Below are positions 20,184 through 33,613 of a DNA stretch of 64,000 nt, piece after piece. The translations under genes and the position numbers were made by a program. Location of the stretch: assembly GCF_009914755.1 (NCBI RefSeq), contig NC_060942.1; one strand, written 5' to 3'. This DNA comes from the human T2T-CHM13v2.0 reference genome, Homo sapiens. The notes beneath the pieces were generated by a model, which was not told the origin of the DNA, searched no databases, and worked only from the letters and a program-made list of their open reading frames with translations. How positions within the stretch are numbered: the first letter of the stretch is position 1; each line of letters begins with the position of its first letter.

Positions 20184-21179
20184 AGAACTTAGGATTCTTT
20201 TAAAATATTTGGAACACTGTTCTATGTCATTGATGAGGAAACAACTTTGATGTAAACCAGGTGACCTTGTTAAGAATCAAGATTCCTGGCCTACCCTTAG
20301 AGAATTCTGGTACAAATCATCAGACGATCCCATTCTGAGAAACATTTTTATTGAACAAACTCCTAATTTGTCCCTTTCTTTCTCTCCTAGTTACAGCATC
20401 TTTGTTTTCAAGAAGAATTCAAAAGAAAAATGCATCTAGTGGTGCATTATTCCAACGGCTGTTGCCAATTTTCTATTGGAAGTCACAGAAGTAAGGAAGG
20501 GGTACGATAAAGAAAGGCATGCTGGCAGAGACCTAACCAGGGTGATTGGAATGGAAGAAACACAAACAATTTGGCTTCCCCAAACCGTGCTCTCTGAAGG
20601 AAACTCTCACCATTACAGGAGCAGATGGCTCTTCCCATGGCTCCCATCACTCTGTAGATGTAAAACTTGGTTGAGAATCTCATGACTAGATAACAATCAT
20701 TTTCAAATGGTAGAAAGCCAGCATACGCAGAAGCGTGCACAATAATTCAAAGTCATATTTGGTTCTGGCTGCTTTCCTTTGGAAGATTGCTTTTTTCCAT
20801 GTGTATTAGAAAATACTTAAATATGAGGGTTGTTTTTATTTTTTTAAAGATAATATTTAGTTTTAAAAGGTTAATTGATGGCCATTACTGGGACATCGAA
20901 GAGTCCTGCTCCATTTTATGCCACCTGTCTCTGCCAAAATGGCAATGGCCTTGGGCAATTATGTGAAATCATAGAGTTTCATGTTGAAATTGAAAAATAA
21001 TTTATAGATTTGAAAAATATAGTTACGGCATTTAGTCCAACTAGGAAACTAAATTTAGAATCAATTGCACAGCCAATTGAAATAAAGCAGGATTATAAAA
21101 CATAAGCTATTATGATAAAAAAAGGCTAACGTTTGCTCAACTCAGCTTTATTGTATAATCATTTTCTGGCATCAGACTT

Positions 21180-21350
21180 CCCAGAAAAGGCTGCATGAGC
21201 TGGGCAAGTCACTGGGCCTTGGTTTGCTTATTTTTATGTTGATAATAATAATAAAACACTCAACCCACAAAATTGTTGTAAAGATAAAAATGAAGTCGTG
21301 TTTATGAAAGTATTCTGAAGTATGTATGTTTAAAGCCCTATAGAAATATT
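21180..21350 (+). mobile_element. MIR fragment
   Basis: tgggcaagtcact...gataataataa...ttgttgtaaagataaaaatg. Confidence 0.55.
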
Positions 21351-21659
21351 ACTTTTACATATACATAAAATGAGAAGATTGAAATTTTTTACATTTAAAA
21401 AATAATTTTGAATGCTATAGATCTGTTATAGCTCTATTACAGAAATCATTGAACTTAAAATTAAGAGACTTGCATATTAATAACCAACATACATTTTGCT
21501 AACTATGGAACTCTATGTAATTAACATTCTTAGAGTTCTCATTTATAAATATTTCCTTCCTAAATTACAAATATATAATTGGCAGTAAACCTTATTATAC
21601 GTTATTCAAATTTCTTGAAGTTCTCCAATGCTCCTCATTATTTTTAAAATTATTCTTTA

Positions 21660-23840
21660 AAAAACATTGGGGAAACTACCCAGGACATTAGAGTAGGTGA
21701 AGACTTCTTGAGCAATACCCCACAGGCACGAGCAACCAAAGCAAAAAGGACAAATGGTATGACATCAAGTTAAAAGGTTTCATGAAAAAATGCTCATCAT
21801 CACTGGCCATCAGAGAAATGCAAATCAAAACCACAATGAGATACCATCTCACACCAGTTAGAATGGCGATCATTAAAAAGTCAGGAAACAACAGGTGCTG
21901 GAGAGGATGTGGAGAAATAGGAACACTTTTACACTGTTGGTGGGACTGTAAACTAATTCAACCATTGTGGAAGTCAGTGTGGCGATTCCTCAGGGATCTA
22001 GAACTAGAAATACCATTTGACCCAGGCATCCCATTACTGGGTATATACCCAAAGGATTATAAATCATGCTGCTATAAAGACACATGCACAAGTATGTTTA
22101 CTGCGGCACTACTCACAATAGCAAAGACTTGGAACCAACCCAAATGTCCAACAACGATAGATTGGATTAAGAAAATGTGGCACATATACACCATGGAATA
22201 CTATGCAGCCATAAAAAATGAAGACTTCATGTCCTTTATAGGGACATGGATGAAACTGGAAACCATCATTCTCAGCAAACTATCGCAAGGACAAAAAACC
22301 AAACACCGCATGTTCTCACTCATAGGTGGGAATTGAACAATGAGAACACATGGACACAGGAAGGGGAACATCACACTCTGGGGACTGTTGTGGGGTGGGC
22401 GGAGGGGGGAGGGATAGCATTAGGAGATATACCTAATGCTAAATGATGAGTTAATGGGTGCAGCACACCAACATGGCACATGTATACATATGTAACAAAC
22501 CTGCACATTGTGCACGTGTACCCTAAAACTTAAAGTATAATAATAATAAAATAAATTAAAAAGATTTCTGCACAGCAAATGAAAAAATCCACAAAGTGAA
22601 GAGACAATCCACAGAATGGATGAAAATGTTTGCAAACTATCCATCTGACAAGGGATTAATAGCCAGAATATATAAGGAGCTCAAACAGCTCTATAGGAAA
22701 AAATTGAATAATATGATTTAAAAATGGGCAAAAATCTGAATAGACACTTCTCAAAAGAAGACATACAAATGGCCAACAGGTGTAGGAAAAGGTGTTCAAT
22801 GTCACTGATCATCAGAGAAATATAAATCAAAACGACAGTGAGATATCATCTCACCCCAGTTAAAATGGCTTTTATCCAAAAGTCAGGCAATAACAAATGC
22901 TGAGGAGGATGTGGAGAAATGGAGAAAAGGAAACCCTGGTACACTTTTGTTGGGAATATAAATTTTTGCAACCACTATGGAGAACAGTTTGGAGGTTTCT
23001 CAAGAAAAACTAAAAATAGAGCTAGCATATGATCCAGTGATCCCTCCCCTAGGTATATACTCAAAAGAAACAAAATCAGTATATCGAAGAGATGTCTACA
23101 CTCCCACATTTATTGCAGCGCTATTCACAATAGCCAAGATTTAGAAGCAACCTGAATGTCCATCAATAGATGAATGGATAAAGAAAATGTAGTACTTATA
23201 TACATAATGGATTACTATTCAGCCATAAAAATAAATGAGATCCTGTCATTTGCAGCAACACGGATGAAACTGGAGGTCATTATGTTAAGTGAAATAAGCC
23301 AGGCACAGAGAGACAAACATCACATGTTCTCACTTATTTGTGGGATCTAAAAATCAAAACAATTAAATTCTTGGAGACAGAAAGTAGAGGGATGGTTGCC
23401 AGAGGCTGGAAAGGGTTGTCAGGAAGGTGGAGGTGGTAGTAATGGGTACCAAAAAGATAGAAAAATAAGACCTAATATATGCTAGTACAACAGGTGCTAG
23501 TAAAAAATAATTTCATTATTTTTATATTTCGTTAAAATAATTTAATTATTTTAAAATATGTGATGAAATTATTTTTATTTTGTATAGTAAAAAATAATCT
23601 CATTATACATTTTAAAATAATGAAGACTATAATTGGATTGTTTTTAACACAAAGGATAAATGCTCGAGGTGATGGATACCCCATTTACCCCGTTCTGACT
23701 ACTATGCACTGTGTGACTGTATCAAAATATCTCATGAAATCCTATAAATATAGACAGCTACTATGGACCCAAAATTTTTTAAAAAATAAAACTCATGTAA
23801 CCCATAAATATGTACACCTACTATAAAAAAAATAAGAAAA
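21660..23840 (+). mobile_element. L1MA2/3-like 3' portion, interrupted by a younger L1PA
   Basis: acattggggaaact...gcaataccccacaggc; 3'UTR ggataaatgctcgaggtgatggataccccatttaccc. Confidence 0.85.
21781..22555 (+). mobile_element. 5'-truncated L1PA (approx. L1PA4-PA5) 3' end
   Basis: ORF 21782-22336 is the ORF2 C-terminus; G-rich 3'UTR; cctaaaacttaaagtataataa tail. Confidence 0.95.
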
Positions 23841-26769
23841 TTAAATAATTATTTAAATGTGACATTTAAAGAATGTAACATTTTTACATTGCTTTCATAC
23901 ATTGTTTCATACATTTCCTACATTGCTTTCATAATTGCATTAAGAAGCTTTATCCCAAGAACATGAATAGATTAATGTATAATGAAAACATGAGATCTTT
24001 GATCAAGAATATTATTTTAACAAATGGTGATTATTTGCTCAGAACAAAGGGTTCTTAAATTTATTCACACCCAGTTATGAAGATAAGGCTTTAAGGACAC
24101 TGTGTCATGGCAAAATTTGCAACTTTTTTTGGCAGAGCAAATTTTGGATCTACCAACATTCTATCATACATTTTATATCTAAGTAACATCTAAGTCTAAG
24201 TCATCATAATTCCTCTGTGCATTCTTCTGTGTTCACCTGTTCTGCATCAGAAATCGCATGCATATTGTTCTCAGGGTTACTCCGAAATATGTGCTATAAA
24301 GATCAACACTGATGTCCCACAGTAAGTGTAAGACACAACATGTGCACAGCACAGACACATGGGAGAGAGTAACTGGAATCTTTGTCAGCTCCACTGCTGA
24401 AGCACTTTTGTCTCTAGTTACTAAAGGAAGAAAGAGAATCATAGACAAGTTGTTTATCATGAGACTGAAAAGGAAGCCACTACTAAGGAGTGTTAGAATC
24501 TAAAATGTGACTCATGCTTTTTACATTGCTTTCTCTTCCACCAAAAAAAAAAGTTATTTTGTAATCAGAATCCACCTTTTGTTTGATTTTGTGCATTCTT
24601 AGGCAATTCCATCTATTTCGTATATATTTAACTAATGCATTCATACCAGAGCTTTGTGTCTTTTTTTTGGTAATAGAATTTGTCTAGTAAAATATTTGGC
24701 TCTTGTTTAGAGTATTTTATTTATAGTAAAGAAAAGCCTTGTGAGGGATTGCAGTACCATGTAATTCATAAACTGCATTAGCATTAGTTCAAAGAGAGAA
24801 CTGCTACTTCAGAAGCCAATATTCCATGATGTTAAAATTAGTTTGTAGCATTTGGAGAAGAAACAAACAGGTTACAAAACATTCTTATATCAAAAATAAT
24901 GCATATTACAGTCAGCTCACTATACACAAGGTGGTGGAGACAAAAGTTAGGATCTTGGCGCCAAGATCCTAGGCGCCCCACAGGATTAAAGGGAAAATAA
25001 ATCTTTAATTAAAGTGTCATTGGGGTTAATAATTTCTCTGTGTGGACCAATAACTAGAGAATGAAGAAATTCACCCCCCAAAAATTGAGTTGGACCTAAT
25101 GGGCCATCCAAGAGGCAGCTGTGGAGCCCCTCTGCACATATCACACATCCTGTCTCTTAATCTCCGATACCCATCCACAGCTGCATATGATGGTTCACAG
25201 TGTAAGATGAAAGTGCATTAGTTGTCTGATGATTTACGATGACTTCCATTAACTAATTCAAAATAAATTGAAAACACCAAACCGTTAAATTGATACACTA
25301 AAGTAGATCATTGTTTCTGGGTCCAAAAGTTGAGTTAACATTTTTTTCTCTTGCCCAAATTATTCTGTGTTTATTTTCTCTAAACCCAGAACACGACTGC
25401 TCTGCATCTTTATTTTAGTTCTTCTTTTGCCATGAAAACTGAAATATGATGCCCATTGCTTCCTCCTGCTATTTCCCAATTGCTCTGAGCTAGATGTTGC
25501 GACCGGCCTTCAGGAAGCTGGCTTCCTGGTACACTTTTTCCCTATAAATCTGCCCAGACAATGTTCTTTCTCCATGCACTTTCCTGTCCCAACAATCCAC
25601 ACCTTAACACATGAGCTCAAAAACACACCATAAACCACCCCAAGTCTTCTCTTGTGTCACATTTGGAGCAGGTGTGTTCCATACACCTCTCTCAGCCATT
25701 GACATTACAGCGTCCATTTAGTACCATACTCAGACCCAACTCTGACATGCTGTCATTTCACATCTTTGTTCACCCAAAGATCTCCAAACCAGCTGTACTA
25801 TTTAAATCATAACACACTTTGAAGCTGAACAATATTCACAGTTTTTATCCTGTTTCCTTCATTGTTTCTACTGCACTTTTTTCTCCAATAGCCACTTCTT
25901 TCTTCTCTATGATCAAATCAATCAGGCACTTGGATGACATTCCTACAACTTCCATCACCTTTTCCTACCCAGGATGTGAATCACAGCAAAAAGTCCCTGG
26001 ACATCATCCCAATACTTAAATTACTAATGCCTTCAAAGCTTTGTCTTTTTCTCCTTAAGACATTTTCAAAAGCAGATAAAAATTCCTCTCTCTTTCTGAA
26101 TGACTCTACCCACTGAATTGTTTCTGATGACGGTGTTGTTTTACCTTCAGGTGCTCAGACACATGGGACAAATGATTACAGGTATTACCATGCTATTACT
26201 GTGCCTACTTTATACCAAGTAAGGCGTGCATTTACCCAGAGTCCCAGAGGCAACTACAAAGAAATGATAAAAATCCAGGCTCCTTGCCTCCCAGCTCTCT
26301 GACAGCCTTGTAGGATGTGCTCTATTTGTTTCTACAAAAGGCACACACCTTATTTCATAAATAACTATAAAAATCAAAACGTTGGTGCTAGTAGTGGGAG
26401 TAGTGGGCAGATATAGGTTTCTCTTGTCCTTTTTCTAAAATTACCATATTTGAGGACTTTATTTAAATAATTTCTGGGCCTCAGTATATTTTTCTGCAAG
26501 ATAAGCAAGTCAGCTCAGATTGTCTCAAGAGACCTTTCTGCAAACAGCCTATCTGTATATGTCTGGTTCCTTACATTTGCAGTCAAAATCTCAAGCAAGA
26601 TCAGAACATTAGCAGCACAGATGGCCAGGGTTAGCCACGTCATGTCTTACCGTTAAGCAGAGTGAAATCCACTGGTTCATATGGAAGTAGATCTCCATTA
26701 TGTGGCCGTAGTGTCTTGCTTGACAAATGGAATGTGGTTTCAAATCACAGGACACATTTCCTGCATATC

Positions 26770-26927
26770 ACTGGTCTTCAACCCGGACTTCATCTTGAGT
26801 CACTGGGGGAGCTTTTACAGAATCCTGATACGTGGAATCTCGTCCCAGTTCAATTCAGTAAGAATTTCTTATGTGTATTTTAGAAGGTTCACAGGTAATT
26901 TTTGTGGAGCCAAGGTTGGTAACCGGT
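26770..26927. mobile_element. MER5-like hAT-Charlie element
   Basis: gagtcactgggggagcttttacagaatcctgat...caggtaatttttgtggagccaaggttggtaacc. Confidence 0.6.
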
Positions 26928-27517
26928 GTCACATACTCTACAAGTATTCTGGAGTGAGGCTTACCCCAGTCTCCTCTGCTCCTGTGGACCAGCTCAGAGA
27001 AAAGCAAGTAAGTCTCCCTCACCTCCTGCCCATGGGCCAGTCCCTCACTTGGAGCCCACAGTGGACATCAGCAGCCCTGCTTGCTCTTTCATGTGGAGCT
27101 ATGGAAACTAAGATCCTCTTATACGTCTTCCGAAAGCTCCAGGGCATGCGGAGAGTAATGTCCCATCTTCTTCCTGGTACAATGTTCCACGGCTCCTTTT
27201 CATCTTCCCCTTTTGGACTATACCAGTATTCCAGTATTCCAGACCTTTTAGAAGTCTCTAACCAGAAGCAGCTGCCAATTTATGGAAACACAAATGTCCC
27301 CATACTCCAGGAGACACATGCTCTTCTAGACATTTATGCCAAGGCAGACCTGTTAGCTCAGCAGCCTTCTCATAGAGCAAAAAGATGCCAGCCTCCCATT
27401 TTGGCAGGTGAACTTATATTCTCTAGGGTAATTCTCCTGGTGTGGTTCAAAATATTCTTTCTTCTTCCCCCTAAAGCTAGGAGAGGAAAATGCATTCCTA
27501 AGCAAACTTCTCTCTGT

Positions 27518-27912
27518 ATCTATTTATTTTTAATTGACAAATTTTATATATACATATATACACATTATATATTATATATTATATATAATATTTCTATTAA
27601 ATATATATTTATCATGTACAGCATGTTGTTTGGAAATATGTATACATTATGAAATAGCTAAATTGAGCTAATTAACATGTGTTACCTCACATGTATCATT
27701 TTTGTGGTGAGAACATGTAAAATCTATTATCTTGGTAATTTTTAAGAATGCAACACATTCTTATTAGCTATAATCGCCATGTTGTACAAGAGATCTCTTG
27801 AACTTAGTCCTCCTAACTGAAATTTTATACCCTTTGACCAACGTCTCCTCACCCCTGGGGCCCCCAGCCCCTGGTAATCTCCTTTCTACTCTCTACTCCA
27901 ATGAGTTCAATG
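27518..27912 (-). mobile_element. L1MA7/8-like 3' end
   Basis: aattgagctaattaacat; tttttgtggtgagaaca; ctaactgaaattttataccctttgacca. Confidence 0.8.
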
Positions 27913-29797
27913 TTCAAGGAGTCCTAAGGCTCACTCAGCTCTCTCTCCTTCCCTCAAGTTCTCTGCCCATAAGGATGTGTTTGCAGTGCCTGTGGCTGCC
28001 TCTGAATGAGCTTTAAGGAGTAGCTGGCCCCATTTTTTTAGCTCTCTTAAGGATATAGGAATACTAAATGCCTTCTATTTCTCCAGTTTTGATTCTAGAT
28101 GCTAATTCTGAGGAAAGAGGAACACCACCCTCAACATCCTGTTAAACATAAAGAGCTCTTTTATAAAACTGATGCTTTTCACTATAACATTGATTTTATT
28201 AGAGTTGCTGTAAAATCTTGCCTAAGACCTGCCCACCTTTGTGTTATTTTACACTACCGTAATCTAGAAAAGGAAGAGAATTTAGATGATAGTTCATGCC
28301 CTTATTTTAGAGGCATAAACTATCATCTAGTTCATGATACTTGATGAGATTCAAAACGGAGAAATAATTTGCCAAAATTATATAGTGGCAGAAATGGGAG
28401 CAGTTCACAAATATGGATCTCCCAACACAAGGCTCAGCACACTCCCCATAACACAGAATGAAGTGGTCTTGAGCCCATACATATCAGGAGAACTTTCCTG
28501 TAATCAGAGAAAATAATGTTTTATCAGATTCTAAATAATTTATGAGGCTCTGCTGGGTGTGTCTTTCAAGTTCTCTTAGGAAATGGTTACTTCTGATTTT
28601 GGAAAAAAGTACCATGTGTTAATGTTAAAAACAGACACAACTAATTGTAACTCATATGGCAGTCTTTACAATATCTGTCTGTTTTGATGTAGAAAAAAGA
28701 AGAAACAAAATTTCCCCTCTGAGTAAATTTTTTCACATATGTATAGAAGATTTGCCTGTATTCAAATATGTGTTTTGGTATTTTCTTTAGCTACGTCCAT
28801 GAAAAAAATCAGTATAATAACTTCTAATAATCAAGTAACATTAAACTTTTTCTACTTTTTGTCACTTAGTCTTATATAATTTGTACATTTAGAGCTAATC
28901 ACTATTAAAACTTTTTATTTTAAACAAGAAATCTATCATGTTTTTGTAAGTCATATATCAACCTGTTTTCACCAAAAGTGTTGCAAAATAATTGACTATG
29001 TTAGCAAAAGTGTAAATCTGATAACAGCACTTCTTTTCAGGTAGAAATGCAGCAACCATATTGATTGCTTGTGTTTACATCACACAATGCTAAATTCAAT
29101 ACTTAGCACTCAAAGCAGGAGCATCAGATGAGAGCAAAGGGGAATATATGGGCCAAGTTGCTTTCTCTTCCATGAAAGTCTCCCTTTTAAATGAATGACA
29201 GGATGTAACCTGTGGAACCAGATGGTCTTCCATTTCACAGAATTCTGCTCACCTTCCAAGCATTAGCAAGCAGGTGACAAAACTGAGTATGATTTAAACC
29301 TTCATATTTAAGATGAAAAGAATGTCATCAGAAATATGGTGTGCAAAACATATGTGACGTAAGTTTTAGAAAATAGACACCTGATGAGCACTCATGCACA
29401 TGGAATTATGTAAATATAAAAATAACTTTAAATATCCTCAGTTTAGTTTAAATAGTCATTGCAACAGTTGTTTTTTAAAATATCCCAATAGATGGGAAAT
29501 GCAGAACCCTCTCTTCTTGGCAAAAGCTGATTTTGCAACAATTCTTTAAGGATAGAGTCCAGGATTTTAATTGTCTGTGTATTAGTTGGACATCTATCAC
29601 TGTGAGGTCAGCAAAGGGCTTCTGGTTCTTTTAACGCACTGGCTTAATTTGGAAGGCAGTTCACATATGTTTTCTCTAAGGGGTATTACAGGTTGAGCCT
29701 ACGTCTAATTACATTTACCAATGGAATTCAGTACTTTATTACAGTCAATATTTTATATTAAGAATAATATTTTTAATCATAAAAGTATTCTAAAGCA

Positions 29798-29960
29798 TAT
29801 TCATTCATCAAATCACGATTGAGCAACTTCCCTATTGGGCACTGTTTGATGATGATGGTATGTAAAGATGAATAAAATGTGGCCACCTGCCCTCAAGAAG
29901 CTTAGAATTTAGTGGTAAAAACAGAAACAGAGCGAGTGATACCACTGCTGTGGTGGAGTC
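29798..29960 (-). mobile_element. L2 3' fragment
   Basis: attcattcatcaaat...ctgccctcaagaagcttagaatttagtgg. Confidence 0.6.
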
Positions 29961-30028
29961 CAAGGGTCATAGAGCTCAGAAATGAGAACTGTTCATATGA
30001 AGAATTAGGGGGCATGTGTCTGCACATA

Positions 30029-30370
30029 CAGAAGTTCTTCTTTGTCTGTGGGGGGATACGTTCCAAGACCCCCAGAGGATGCCTGAAACCACAGATAATA
30101 TATCCAATATATACTGTGTTTTTTCCTGTACATATGTACCTATGGTCAAGTTTAATTTATTAAAGTAGACAAAGTAAGAGATTAACAACAATAACAATAA
30201 AATAGAATAATTATAGCAATATGTTGTAGAAAGAAAAACGTTATGTGAATGTGGTCTTCTCTCCCTCTCTCTCTCAATATGTTGCTGCACTGTACTCACT
30301 TATTTTTGGATGACAATTGACTGGGTAACTGAAACCACGGAAAGCTAAACGGCAGATAAGGGGAGACTAT
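30029..30370 (+). mobile_element. MER44A (TcMar-Tigger)
   Basis: gggggatacgttccaagacccccagaggatgcctgaaacc...ggtaactgaaaccacggaaagc...gataaggggagacta matches remembered MER44A consensus. Confidence 0.85.
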
Positions 30371-30894
30371 CCCCAAGAATTTCATCAGTTAAAGGACGGA
30401 AGTACGGGTTGGCACCCCAAGAAAAGGAGGTAGTTTCAAGTGGAGGTATTTGGGGGTTGAGTAGCTTCGGCATCGTTCTAGCAGAAAGTAAATTAAAAGA
30501 GAGATACTGTAGCAGAAGAGGAAGGGCAGTGAGTACTGGATTTCCCAGAAGAGAGAGGGAGCAGAGGCCAAGGGGAACGCCTGAGGATACAAAGACTCAT
30601 GCAGACACAGACAGGTGTGGGGATGGAGAGCAGGGCAGCTGCCGGAGTTTTACGCCACAGGCAAAAGACGAAAGCGGAGGTGGGAACGCTGTCCTAGGAA
30701 GGGGAAACAGATCCGGAGTGGGAGACAAGAAGAAAAGATGAAGGTGCAAAACAGTGACTTTCGGGAGTGGGTGAAAAAGGTCCCTGTGATGTGATGCAGG
30801 TCAGCAGCCCTGACAGCTGACCTCATCTTGGAGAGCAAAGGAGAGAAAGTGACTGCTCATGTAAAAGCATCAGTTATGTCCCTTACAGCCTATC

Positions 30895-32058
30895 CAATGG
30901 ACTTGCTTTATTCATTTCTTACTTGTCAGTAGTACTCAGCATTTTTGACTACCCCTGCTCTCTTGAAAGACTTCTTTCTTCCATGAAACCACATTCTCTT
31001 ACCTAATTGCTCACTTCTCAGTCTGTCACTCCACTGTCCAATCTCTGAAATGTTAATGCTCCTTAAAGCCCGCCACTGAATGCTTTCTAAATCCACTCTT
31101 GTCCTGTGAGCTTTCATCCACTCCAGTAGCTTCCCGTTCCACCCAAACACAGATAACGCCCAAATGGGCAGCTCCTGGCGAACTCTGCTCCCAGTTATCC
31201 AACTAGCTACTTGATATCTCCCTTCGTGAATGTCTCACAGGAGTCTCAGATAAAGCACGTGCCCTTTCAGGTGTTTTTCTTAACATCTGATTCTCTGCCA
31301 ATCGTCTGTATCTCGTTAAATTTTAATTTCATCAAACCTGTTGCTCATGGTAAAAACCTTGTAATTACCATTGGTTTGTTCTAATCCTTTTCTTCCTATA
31401 TCCAAACTAGGTGATTATCAACTAAAATTCCAAAACGCATTATTACCCCTCCTTTTTTTTCTATGTCCACAGCTGTCACCCTATTCCACTTGGAATTCTA
31501 TGGAAGCTGTAATTTCCTGCAAGGGCTTTCTGAATTCCCCTCCTGACTTTCCTCATTTTAATTGAATTATACCTCTCCTCCGCTAGGGAAAATAGCCTTT
31601 ACGTATAAGACCCCAGATCCTTAACTTGGCCTGCAACATCCTGTGAGACTCCAGCACCACTGCCTCAGGATCATCTCACAAAAACAGCCATGTCCTTACC
31701 TATTCTTTGGCCACGTCAGTCTTTTAAGTTCTTCAAAGGTGCCATATCATTTGTCTCTTCAGAGCCTTGCACTTTTGATCCTTCTGTGGGGAACACTCTT
31801 CCCTCTACCTGCCTGGCTCTCTCCTATGTATACTGCAGTTCCCAGCTCATGTTTTCTTCCTAATGTGTATCTTTCCTAATATAAATTGTATATATGAAAT
31901 CTTTCCTCTATGCTTGCTCTTACTATCTCTCATTTGTGTGATTTTATGTTTGTTTCCTCAACTAGGTTGTCAGGAATGCATCTGTTCTGCCTACTGTGGG
32001 AGCTCCAGTCCTGACACACAATTCCTGGCACGTGGTGGGTGCCCAGGAATATGTTAAA
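30895..32058 (+). mobile_element. L2 fragments
   Basis: tatccaactagctacttgatatctcc; 3' end cctggcacgtggtgggtgcccaggaatatgtt. Confidence 0.6.
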
Positions 32059-33613
32059 GAGGAAGAAAAGAAGTAGAGAGAGAGGAGGAGGAAAAAGCAG
32101 AGACGGGAAGAAAAACATCCGTAAATATTTTAGGGAAGATACGAAGCTTGGCTTCAATCAACTATGCAAAGCAAAACTAAACAAACAACAACAACAAACA
32201 AAGAAACAAACAAAACCAGAGCCTATTCCAAGGTGAGGGTCTAGGAACCCTATATGAATCAAAGCTACAGAGAGGTTAACATAAGCAAAAGGAAAAATAA
32301 AAAATAAGGGGCTACACAAAGACAAGAAGTAATTTCCCACATAAATTAGAGGTCTTTCATTACTCATTAGACCTGATTATTCCACAGTCTTTCAGAATAC
32401 CAGGGAAACATAGTGACACAGCAACCACAAATGAGAGTGTCGGGCTAATAATAACATGCATTATTGTATTTCTTCTGGTTTATAAGAAGCTAGGAAATAT
32501 GATTTTGTTATGGTTCACTGGGGAGATATTACTAAGTCACCACCAGTTGGCATGGTGTGATTATAGAGACAGAACATGTCTGTTCATGACAAGTGAAGTG
32601 TTGACCCAGGAAAACATTAGAATTTATTGGATTAGGACATTTCAGATGCTTTGAGTTGTCTGAGCCAGGGCTAAACCTACCTCCAGATTGATAGTTACAT
32701 CCTGCGATCCATAATAAACCCAGACACCATCACCTCTTGGGATGAGGCTCCAGGTTTACCAGTCTTCTGATCTGATAGGTCATTAGAGATGCAATTCAAA
32801 AAACTTCTGGTCTAAAGACAGGAGGAAGGAAGAAAAAACAAGTGCATGTGAGTAAGGCTAATTAAAAGATTTAAACGTGGAATTTTTCTTTCACCATGAA
32901 AACAATTAAAAAGCAAAATTGGACCCAGTGCGGATAAAAAGAGTTAACTGTACTTAGCTTAACATTTACATTTCTCAAAAGATAAAATGTGAGATTCCTC
33001 ACTTGATCCTTCTGTTTTTTCCATCACATGGACTGTGTTCTCTGACGTGATTTCATGCCTTATTGACTCTCCCAGGGGAGAGCTTCCACCCAGAGTGAGA
33101 GCTGTGGAGAAAGGGGCTGTCACTCTCCATTGTAGCATTTAGCTATTAATACAGACACATCTACATTTTCTCCCATTTAAAGAGAGTCTGAAAATCAGGT
33201 AAAGGCTGACATTTCAAGAAGATGTGTTATCCAAAATAAAAATCTGATTCTCTCAGACTCACATTATTAGATCGGGTTGGTGACGGCCATTCCTGTTATC
33301 ATGATTGAGGGAAATACTCAGGTGGAATTTGGCAATATTTCATGAAATTTCTTCCCAGATTAGGAAGTTTTGGAAATGGAGGCTCCTGTTATTTTAAATA
33401 GGAAATATCTTCACATCCAAAAAATAAAACAGAAAAATGGAGACTTTGACTTTGACATTTGGAATCAAGCTTATCTCCACATTTACGCCACAGTTTATAC
33501 CCATTGGCATATCACTGCACACATTTCTCTGCATTTTTACCTTTAGAAAGCATTTTAAAAGCCTAATCTTGCAATCTTGGACTGCCTGACACGGGACTTC
33601 TTAGGTCAGATGA

